The position numbers and the translations under genes are program-made. This document shows positions 19,036 through 26,624 of a stretch of DNA of 64,000 nucleotides, piece by piece (the first letter of the stretch is position 1; the number at the start of each line of letters is the position of its first letter). The stretch is taken from NCBI GenBank assembly GCA_965198165.1, contig OZ240244.1:1258061-1322060 (forward strand), written 5' to 3'. This DNA is from Candidatus Poribacteria bacterium. GTDB lineage: Bacteria > Poribacteria > WGA-4E > PCPOR2b. The notes beneath the pieces were generated by a model. That model worked only from the letters and a program-made list of their open reading frames with translations, searched no databases and was not told the origin of the DNA.

Positions 19036-19192
19036 ATCGTTTCAATTGCATCATTTTATTTTCCTCCTGTACAAGATTTAGAGTCTGGACGTATCTTTAC
19101 GCCCACAAGTTCAAGAAGGGTAGGAAAGGGATTTCCTACCCACGGGGCCAGGGTGGGGAAGGGATTTCCCACCTACGGAAGTTTTGTGCATA

Positions 19193-20434
19193 CTACTGCT
19201 GTCTCTTGAGCGTCCCCCAAAGCGTTGATAGTTTCCGTTTGGGTGTTACGGATAATCCCTTTTTGAATCTTTCCGCTTCCTCCTGTGTTTCAGGGAAAAC
19301 CGGATTTTGGGTCGCAGAAATTAGGATTCCGTCCAATTCCGTGCCGTCCTCCCGTTGAATGATATTTAACGTATATTCTCCCCTTCTGATGTCAACGGCG
19401 AGTTGTTGCTGTCCCGGTGCGCCAGCGCAGTTTCTGCTGTCCATCTTCGACCATCTCCACGTCGCGATTGGTTGACCTGTGTCCCAGATATGCGTCTGAT
19501 CTCCCGGCATTTTTCCGCCGCAGTTCTCACCAGACCGGGGTTTGGGATTATCAATGCTCCAAAAGAATGAGTCATTTCCCCCATCAGTGGCGATTACCCG
19601 GCCCCAAAAGTAATATGTTCCTGTCTTAGGGATAACGATTTCAAAGTTCGCAAGGCCGTTGCCATCGTTGCCTGCTCCCTGCGGTGCGACCACATATTTT
19701 CCACCGAAAGCGGTTTTTTTATCTTTTTTTATCTCAAAGGGGGCAGTGACTTTAGCCGCGTCTTCGGCATCAATGTAGATGGTGAAAACGGTAATCCTTT
19801 TAACTATCGGTGGCACAACGAGGTCTCTGTCTTTGAGATTGTTGGCACCCCGTTCTGTTTCAGGAAACTTTGGATTTTTCGTATCAGTAACCAGAATGCC
19901 GTCCAATTCTGTGCCATCCTCTCGTTGAATAATATTCAACGTATATATGCCTTTTTTCAGTTTAACGGCAAGTTGGTCTTGGCCGGCTGCTCCGTCACAG
20001 TTTCTGCTATCCATTTTAGACCATTCCCAATCGAGGCGAGGATTGCCGGTGTCCCAAATGTGTACCTGATCCCCTGGGATTTTCCCACCGCAATTCTCCG
20101 CTGACCTTGGAGCGGGATCATCAATGCTCCAAAAAAAAGAATCGTTGCCGCCATCGGTTGCAATCACACGCCCCCAAAAATAGTAGGTGTCATTTTTGGG
20201 CACCTCGAAGGCATACCGAACAAAACCGTTGCCATCATTCCCGGCTCCCTGCGGTGCCACAACATACTTCCCACCGAACGCTCCCTTTTTTTCTCTGACC
20301 TCAAGCGGTGCACTCAGGTCACCGGCATCTTCCGCGTCAATGTAGACCATAAAGGCGGAACTTATCCCACTCGTTGTGCTTAGGAGAAATAGAGTTAATA
20401 TTAGTTTTCTGAATGCCATGTTTGCTCTTTGCAT
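19193..20434 (-). CDS. secreted protein with two tandem CBM-like jelly-roll domains and conserved C-terminal tag ...RKLSTLWGTLKRQQ
   Basis: Signal peptide. Two about 180-aa repeats (YIDAEDA...GGKYVVAPQGAGNDGNG...YYFWGRVIATDGGNDSFFWSID...IIQREDGTELDGIL) resembling the CBM6/35-type xEAED sugar-binding fold. Confidence 0.75.
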   Translation of the reverse strand: MQRANMAFRKLILTLFLLSTTSGISSAFMVYIDAEDAGDLSAPLEVREKKGAFGGKYVVAPQGAGNDGNGFVRYAFEVPKNDTYYFWGRVIATDGGNDSFFWSIDDPAPRSAENCGGKIPGDQVHIWDTGNPRLDWEWSKMDSRNCDGAAGQDQLAVKLKKGIYTLNIIQREDGTELDGILVTDTKNPKFPETERGANNLKDRDLVVPPIVKRITVFTIYIDAEDAAKVTAPFEIKKDKKTAFGGKYVVAPQGAGNDGNGLANFEIVIPKTGTYYFWGRVIATDGGNDSFFWSIDNPKPRSGENCGGKMPGDQTHIWDTGQPIATWRWSKMDSRNCAGAPGQQQLAVDIRRGEYTLNIIQREDGTELDGILISATQNPVFPETQEEAERFKKGLSVTPKRKLSTLWGTLKRQQ

Positions 20435-20461
20435 AGAATATAGGTCAATATATGAAGATTA

Positions 20462-20600
20462 AAAAATAAGTTGGGTAATTTCATACGGATGGCCGGTGCG
20501 GTTGCATGACGTTTATCCGAGGACGGATGGTCGCGTGAGCGAGCGCAAAAAATAAATGGGGTAATTGCATACGGACGACCGGTGCGGTTACCCGTTTAAT
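20462..20600. repeat. dispersed copy of the 118-bp satellite family
   Basis: Shares aataagt(t/a)gggtaat..catacgga..ccggtgcggtt..gacgtttatccgaggacggatggtcg and gtgagcgagcgcaaaaaataaatggggtaat with 8690-9030. Confidence 0.7.
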
Positions 20601-20726
20601 TCTTAAGGTTAATATGAATGTAGGCCGAGATTCCAAAATGGACGAATTGCATACGTCAAGCTAGGAATCTCGAGCTACAATCAAATCAATGAACCTTCGG
20701 AAGTCGCAGGTTCAAATATCAACTGA

Positions 20727-21395
20727 TTAGCGTTGTGCCTTAATTGCTCCCCAAGCAGTCGCTAATTTGTCTTTCGCTTCGACAGCGACTATGGCTCGTG
20801 CTTCCGCATTCGTTTTCGGCAATTGATCGGCTTGCAGGTCTTCATCCGTGACGAGGATACCATCCAATTCTGTGCCATCCTCGCGTTGGATGATGTACAG
20901 CGTGTATGTTCCTTTCGTCAGGTCAACAACGAGCTGGTCTGCTCCATCGGTGCCAGCGCAATTTCTGCTGTCCATCTTTGACCATCCCCACGTTGTGATT
21001 GGTTGACCTGTGTCCCAGATATGCTTCTGATCTCCTGGGATTTTTCCACTACAGTTTTCGCCGGACTTCTGCTCGGCGGCGGAAACGTTAATGCCCCAGA
21101 AGAAGGAATCGTTACCGCCATCGAGCGCAACTACCCGTCCCCAGAACCGGTACTTGCCACCGGGGACAGAAAATTCATACGTCGCAATGGCATTTCCATC
21201 ATTTCCGCTCCCCTGTGGGGCCAGGATATACCCATCGCCGAACGCATCTGCCTTATCCTTTTTGACCTCAAACGGTTTCGTAATCGGTGTGGAAGTGTTC
21301 TCTGCATCAATGTAATGCTTGAAAGCCGATGCGATCCCAACGCATGTCAAGACCATGGCCAAAATAGCAATTAGTGAGCAAATTCTTGCAAACAT
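20727..21395 (-). CDS. secreted single-domain CBM-like protein with conserved C-terminal tag ...AKDKLATAWGAIKAQR
   Basis: Signal peptide MFARICSLIAILAMVLTCVGIASA. Same domain as the 19193..20434 repeats. AAGGAG RBS. Confidence 0.8.
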   Translation of the reverse strand: MFARICSLIAILAMVLTCVGIASAFKHYIDAENTSTPITKPFEVKKDKADAFGDGYILAPQGSGNDGNAIATYEFSVPGGKYRFWGRVVALDGGNDSFFWGINVSAAEQKSGENCSGKIPGDQKHIWDTGQPITTWGWSKMDSRNCAGTDGADQLVVDLTKGTYTLYIIQREDGTELDGILVTDEDLQADQLPKTNAEARAIVAVEAKDKLATAWGAIKAQR

Positions 21396-21534
21396 AGAAA
21401 ATTATCTCCTTAGTTTAGTTTTTCTGAATACAGCCTAAAGCTGTTTGTGTTGTGAATTATTATCAGGATGAACGACTCAACTTGTCGCATCCGGATTTCG
21501 AGGATAGCTGGCTACTGTAGCGTTCTGTGGGGCT

Positions 21535-22260
21535 TCACCGCTTAGCTTTGATGTTTCCCCAAATTTCAGCAAGTTTGCCAGTCGCCTCGACCGATTCCGC
21601 AGTCTTTTCCTTGGCCTTTTCATAGTCGTCATCGGTAGGACGGTATTGGGAGCTGTCTGTCCACACGAAGACATCCATGAACCGGGTAGAATTCCCTTGT
21701 CTGTGGTAGATATACATCCAGTTTTCGCCATTCTGAAGTTCCTTCTTATGCCCCTCGCGGCCGCCACCATCCCATCCCCAAGCGGCAACATTTGCCTCAA
21801 AAATTCGGTCAAGCGCATTGACGAATGGTGCGACTCCATCGCCCCCGGGAAAGGGTGCTTTGTCAGGAATCTTCTTGTTCGCCCCCTTGACAAGCAGGTA
21901 ATCCGATTGGTTACTTGGATTGACGACGCGCCCCCAGAAGTACCATAGACCTTTCTTGCCGCCATCCGTTTTACTGATGTCGAATGAATAGACAAGCCTC
22001 CCCCCTACACCACCGGTTCGAGTAACCGTTTTTCCGAATGCACCTTTCGGGGGGGCAGGCGTACCGCCTTCCTCTCCGGCGATCGGGAAGAATTGATGGC
22101 CTTTGGGTTCTCGTGCATCATACGCTTCGGCTTCAAACCAGATTTGAACTCCACCGCCGACTTTTGAGACTTTGAAGACATCGACGGCATCCGCTGGCAT
22201 CGTCACCAACAACAGCACCAGGGTAACGCAGAGTAGTGCTCGCTGATACCATTGAGACAT
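21535..22260 (-). CDS. secreted CBM-like (divergent subfamily) protein with conserved C-terminal tag ...ATGKLAEIWGNIKAKR
   Basis: AAGGAG RBS before the ATG at 22260. Signal peptide MSQWYQRALLCVTLVLLLVTMPADA. Domain motifs QIWFEAEAYD...WYFWGRVVNPSNQSDYLLV...IYHRQGN. Confidence 0.8.
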   Translation of the reverse strand: MSQWYQRALLCVTLVLLLVTMPADAVDVFKVSKVGGGVQIWFEAEAYDAREPKGHQFFPIAGEEGGTPAPPKGAFGKTVTRTGGVGGRLVYSFDISKTDGGKKGLWYFWGRVVNPSNQSDYLLVKGANKKIPDKAPFPGGDGVAPFVNALDRIFEANVAAWGWDGGGREGHKKELQNGENWMYIYHRQGNSTRFMDVFVWTDSSQYRPTDDDYEKAKEKTAESVEATGKLAEIWGNIKAKR

Positions 22261-22307
22261 GATGATTTTCTCCTTTCCATCATTTGAGGAGTGTATCGAG
22301 ATGCGAC

Positions 22308-23021
22308 TTAACGCCTCGATTTGATTCGTCCCCAAACGGTAGCAAGTTTGCCGGCGCGCTCAACTGCTACTGCGGCTGTGGCACTGTTATAATCGGCATC
22401 GGTAGGCGTATAATCAGGGCTGTCTGCCCACACGAAAACATCCATCTTCTTGGAATCATTTCCCTGTCGGTGGTATATGTGCATGGTGTTCACGCCATCT
22501 TGAAGGTCTTTGGTATGCCCTTCTCCATGGTCAGCTCTCCCCCAGTCCCAGGCACCTACGTCACCGATATTTTGTTCAAAAATCCGGTCATCGTCGTTGA
22601 CAAAGGGTGGGGTATCGTTGTCGCCCGGATATGGTGGACCACCAGGGATCTCTGCATCGTCCGGATCGCCCTCTACGAGCATATAATCCGAATTATTGGC
22701 AGGATTCACAACTCGCCCCCAGAAATACCATGTGCCACCCTTGCCACCGGCCGCACCGACATTAAATTTGTAGGTCAGCCGGCCGCCCGCGGCACCCGCA
22801 CGAGTAAGTGCTTTACCTATCGCACCAGCTTCGTCAACAAGCAGGAAAAACTCATCGGTATCGGGATCTCGTACATCCCAATCTTCCGCTTCAAACCAGA
22901 CTTGACTTCCGCCTCCATGGTTCGATATTTTGAGATTCTTGACCGCATGGGCGGGTATTGTCAACAGCAACAACGCAACAAAAATGGTAAGCGTTAGTTG
23001 CACATACCAACGATGTAACAT
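22308..23021 (-). CDS. secreted CBM-like protein (paralog of 21535..22260) with conserved C-terminal tag ...RAGKLATVWGRIKSRR
   Basis: AAGGAG RBS before the ATG at 23021. Signal peptide MLHRWYVQLTLTIFVALLLLTIPAHA. Motifs QVWFEAEDWD...WYFWGRVVNPANNSDYMLV. Confidence 0.8.
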   Translation of the reverse strand: MLHRWYVQLTLTIFVALLLLTIPAHAVKNLKISNHGGGSQVWFEAEDWDVRDPDTDEFFLLVDEAGAIGKALTRAGAAGGRLTYKFNVGAAGGKGGTWYFWGRVVNPANNSDYMLVEGDPDDAEIPGGPPYPGDNDTPPFVNDDDRIFEQNIGDVGAWDWGRADHGEGHTKDLQDGVNTMHIYHRQGNDSKKMDVFVWADSPDYTPTDADYNSATAAVAVERAGKLATVWGRIKSRR

Positions 23022-23697
23022 ATTAATCTTCTCCTTATTGAGAGTTTGCCTATAGAGCCGCAGATTTTGTAGGATCATGCGGATTTCCACTTCGTGAATC
23101 CGGATTTTCAGAATGTTGCGGAAGTATAGGTCGGTTTTGAAAGTTAAAATGTGATACGTGCTTCGGCCAAAACACCTTGGCCTTCAAACACGTTTTGGAT
23201 AACGGATGATGCACTTATACGGATTCAATTTGATCGGTTGAGAATCCGTGAAACACCCATCCGCTTTCTGCCCACTTGGGCTTGAATCGTTCCAGTCAAA
23301 TTTATGGAACGAAACGTCATTCCGATCCCCTAGTGCTTTGTCACGTCAAAGTTGATGGGTATAGAAGTCGCGAGCACAGCTCGCTCCTACAAGAAGATAA
23401 GCGCAGCGCGGAATCCAGACGCGCTCTAAATACTTTTCACCCATCATTTTAATGTGGACAGAACACTAGAGTGGAAGATTAGGGGAAAAACTTCTACCCA
23501 ACCTTCCATTCTTCCAACCTTCCATTCTTTTTCATCATATATGCAATTGCGATTTATGTCCAGTGAAATTTTCCCTTTTTCTATAATCAACCAGATCAGG
23601 ACATCTTGCTTGAATCCGACATACTCCCCTTGACGCGCTGCGTCGAAAATCGGACGCAGCGCATCATGGGAGCGAGTTGTGGGTGAACTGACCAAGG

Positions 23698-24480
23698 CTA
23701 TTGTTTAATGTCGCCCCAAACGGTGGCTAATTTCCCTTTTGGAGAAACAGCGAGAACGGAGCTAAATCCCTTACTCATAATCTGCTTAATATCCTTCTCA
23801 TCAACAGCGACATTAAAGATGGCAACCTCGTCAATCTTACCGCCGAAAAAGAGTGTGTGGTCGCCGAGGTTTCCAATCAAAACTTTTTTCGGGGTCACCA
23901 TAACGTCGTAGTCAATTTTTTTCTCACTCTCTTTGACCCCATTGACATAAATCGCAACCGTTTTCCCGTCTCTATCGTGAACGCCGGCAAGGTGGGACCA
24001 GGCGTTCTTCTTTATGTCGGTTGTGCCTTTCACATTAGATTGGGCCGTATTCCCGGGGTCTCGGTGTGATACAAATGCCTTCCCCTGCAAAATACTCATG
24101 TAATACGACCTCTCTGTTCCTGACCAACCCTTTCCCACAATCATTTCATGCGTGGCGAGATTAATGACCGTAGGAAATACCCATACGGACAATGTAAAAC
24201 TGTTGACATCTAGGCTTTTATCGTTTCCGCAATCCACAAAAGTCTTGCTGTCATCAAATTCCAAACTCTTGCCGAACTTCCCATTAGTCCATTTCGGACC
24301 ATCCAGTTTTCCGTCATTGCCATTCCCGGAGAGATCTTCGGCGACATTGCCTGAGCCCTGGTCAAAGAGCCACAGCCCGGCAAGCGTTTTGGGGTCAATC
24401 TCGGCATTACTTATGCTGGTGAACATCAGGCTTAGGATGACTATGCTGATGCTGAATACAGAATATCTTGCCCTTAACAT
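23698..24480 (-). CDS. secreted LamG domain protein with conserved C-terminal tag ...SPKGKLATVWGDIKQ
   Basis: GGGAGG RBS before the ATG at 24480. Signal peptide MLRARYSVFSISIVILSLMFTSISNA. Laminin_G_3 end motif IDEVAIFNVAVDEKDIKQIM. Confidence 0.8.
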   Translation of the reverse strand: MLRARYSVFSISIVILSLMFTSISNAEIDPKTLAGLWLFDQGSGNVAEDLSGNGNDGKLDGPKWTNGKFGKSLEFDDSKTFVDCGNDKSLDVNSFTLSVWVFPTVINLATHEMIVGKGWSGTERSYYMSILQGKAFVSHRDPGNTAQSNVKGTTDIKKNAWSHLAGVHDRDGKTVAIYVNGVKESEKKIDYDVMVTPKKVLIGNLGDHTLFFGGKIDEVAIFNVAVDEKDIKQIMSKGFSSVLAVSPKGKLATVWGDIKQ

Positions 24481-24596
24481 CTTAATGTCCTCCCTTTGCG
24501 TTTGGTGATAAAGTTCCGACAATTTTCCAATAATTTCATTCTAACAGAATCGCATAAAGATGTCAAGCAGTCTTTTTTCGCCTTCCCCCCTCTCAA

Positions 24597-25448
24597 TTAC
24601 CCACGCGAAGGCTCTGTCATCCGCTCTCGCGCTTGGCGGGACAGTTCGGCGAGATGCCCATCGTTCGCCATCACCTGTTCTAAATGCCGCATTCGCTGTG
24701 GGCCCGCGGTGCGAACCATTTTCTCACCGTATTTCCGGTCAATCCAAAAACGCGCCGAGTTGCCGATATATTTGCGTAAATCCTCCAAACGGTCTTCCGG
24801 GTAGCGTTGGCAGAGGTTCATCGTGAACATGCGTCGGTGGGTTCCACCCCCAAATGCCGCATGTTTGGTATTGTGGTTGAACAACACAACATCACCCGGC
24901 CCGGTTTCAAAGGCGACCGCGGGCACGTCTCTGCCGTGAACGCTCCATCGCTCTTGACTTTCTCGAATCTGCTGGGAAAGCACATCGGCATAACCATCCC
25001 CGAAGATATGACTGCCCGGAATCACGCGAAGGCTTCCGGTGTCGCGGGTCAACCGGTCAAGGTAAAACGCGATTTTGATGTGCATCGGGTCTTCCGGCTT
25101 ATGGCCCCCATCGGAATGCCAACCTGTGTCACCGACGTAGAAATTCCCATCGCTTCCCATATAGTTGAAGTCGTCGCCCAATAAAGAGGTTGCGATGTCT
25201 AAAATACGAGGGTCGTCTAGCAGAGCAGAGAGGACCTCGCTCTGATCAATAAATGGGACAATACAGGAACGGGCTTGTCCGTTGTGGGGTTTCCCGTCGT
25301 GTCCCCCGCCACGCTCTGCCCAAACTGCTTCAAACGCGCTATCAATTTCATCAATACGGTTTGCCATCAGCCCGGGGAAACTCAGATAACCGAAGGTCTG
25401 AAAGAAATTCATCTGCTGGTCTGTCAGTTTGAAATCTTGGTCGTTCAT
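24597..25448 (-). CDS. phytanoyl-CoA dioxygenase (PhyH) family oxygenase
   Basis: Motifs FFQTFGYLSFPGLM, GWHSDG (HxD) and the distal His (HNTKHAA). Confidence 0.8.
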   Translation of the reverse strand: MNDQDFKLTDQQMNFFQTFGYLSFPGLMANRIDEIDSAFEAVWAERGGGHDGKPHNGQARSCIVPFIDQSEVLSALLDDPRILDIATSLLGDDFNYMGSDGNFYVGDTGWHSDGGHKPEDPMHIKIAFYLDRLTRDTGSLRVIPGSHIFGDGYADVLSQQIRESQERWSVHGRDVPAVAFETGPGDVVLFNHNTKHAAFGGGTHRRMFTMNLCQRYPEDRLEDLRKYIGNSARFWIDRKYGEKMVRTAGPQRMRHLEQVMANDGHLAELSRQARERMTEPSRG

Positions 25449-25463
25449 TTTTTCCTCCTGTAT

Positions 25464-26525
25464 TTAGAAAAATCCGGATATCGAAATCCTCTGTGAATTG
25501 CCGAGGTCATGGGCGTTGAACGCATAATCTACAAATAGCGTCGCTTTGTCGATGCGAAGGCGCAGGCCGCTTCCTGCTGCAAGTCTGTCTCCGTCTGCAC
25601 CGACGCGAAACGCAACCACCTTGAATAACCGATACTCCGCCCCGATGCGAAAAAGGGTCTCGCTACCCTTACCTTCGGCGAGGTCTTTTGCACCTGTTTC
25701 TAGGTCTGCTCCGACTGTCACATCTCCAATTATCGGGGGGGTAACGTCGTAGGATACGCCGAGCCGCATTCGTCGGTTGCGAGTGAACGTCGGACGGGCG
25801 GGGGTGTTCCAGCGAATCTGTGTGCCCGTGGCATCCTGTAGCATCGCCCCAATCCGAAGTCCGTGCAGTGGCTCTACCATTAAACCGAGGTCAATGCCGA
25901 AACCGCTTCCGCTGTTTACGAAAATTGATTGGCGGAGTAGCTTGAGATTTCCACCGACCGCGAGTTCGGGGTTGATTTGACGAGCATAGGAGATTAATAC
26001 GGCATTGTCGGTGTTGCTGAAAAACTCTTCGATTGTAGGGCGGTCAATGTATAACTCCCCTTCATCTTTAATGCCGTTACCATTTTTGTCTTGGAAATCC
26101 CCCAAAATGCCGTTCTCGTTGGTATCAATGAAGGTTGTTTTCGGAATATCGTCCACACCGAGCCGAATCCAACTCACGCCGACAGTTCCGATGTCTTCAA
26201 TCTGCTGGACATAATTGACGAAATTGTACGTTACCAATCCCTTGCTCAAGAAACTGCCCCCTTCCACGCCGAAGGAGTCTGAGTACATCGCAGAGAAGGC
26301 GTGTTTTTGAACTCGCGTTAGCCCCGCTGGATTCCAGTAGGCCGCTGTCGCATCATCCGCGACCGATACAAACGCACTTCCCATCCCCAATGCTCGTGCA
26401 CCGACACCGTGACTGAGAAATTCCGCTGCGTGACTTCCTTCTTCGGCAGAGGTTCCCGCTGGTATGGAGACACAACCGATACATAGAAGGAGGAATACAA
26501 TATGATATTTGGATATTTTTCCCAC
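25464..26525 (-). CDS. PorV/PorQ-family-like outer-membrane beta-barrel protein
   Basis: Signal peptide. Hallmark N-terminal GARALGMGSAFVSVADDATAAYWNPAGL. Beta-barrel-like alternating pattern. C-terminal ...ISISGFF (aromatic terminal residue). Confidence 0.65.
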   Translation of the reverse strand: MGKISKYHIVFLLLCIGCVSIPAGTSAEEGSHAAEFLSHGVGARALGMGSAFVSVADDATAAYWNPAGLTRVQKHAFSAMYSDSFGVEGGSFLSKGLVTYNFVNYVQQIEDIGTVGVSWIRLGVDDIPKTTFIDTNENGILGDFQDKNGNGIKDEGELYIDRPTIEEFFSNTDNAVLISYARQINPELAVGGNLKLLRQSIFVNSGSGFGIDLGLMVEPLHGLRIGAMLQDATGTQIRWNTPARPTFTRNRRMRLGVSYDVTPPIIGDVTVGADLETGAKDLAEGKGSETLFRIGAEYRLFKVVAFRVGADGDRLAAGSGLRLRIDKATLFVDYAFNAHDLGNSQRISISGFF

Positions 26526-26624
26526 CAGTTTACCTCAACTGCCAAATGACTTTGTAAGACGTTTCTGTTATGTGCTCTAGTCGCATTCAATTCTTCAGAC
26601 AATTCACATGAACCGTCGAACTGG

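Noticed and set aside
20600-20725. tRNA-like segment (cgcaggttcaaat)
   Set aside because: The T-stem does not pair (no cctgc partner) and no cloverleaf can be drawn.
23100-23697. Possible seventh tag-bearing gene in the 600-bp gap between 22308..23021 and 23698..24480
   Set aside because: The only ORF (23444..23695, 83 aa) lacks a signal peptide and the C-terminal motif, and the region is repeat-rich. It is more likely a promoter or attenuator region for the downstream five genes.
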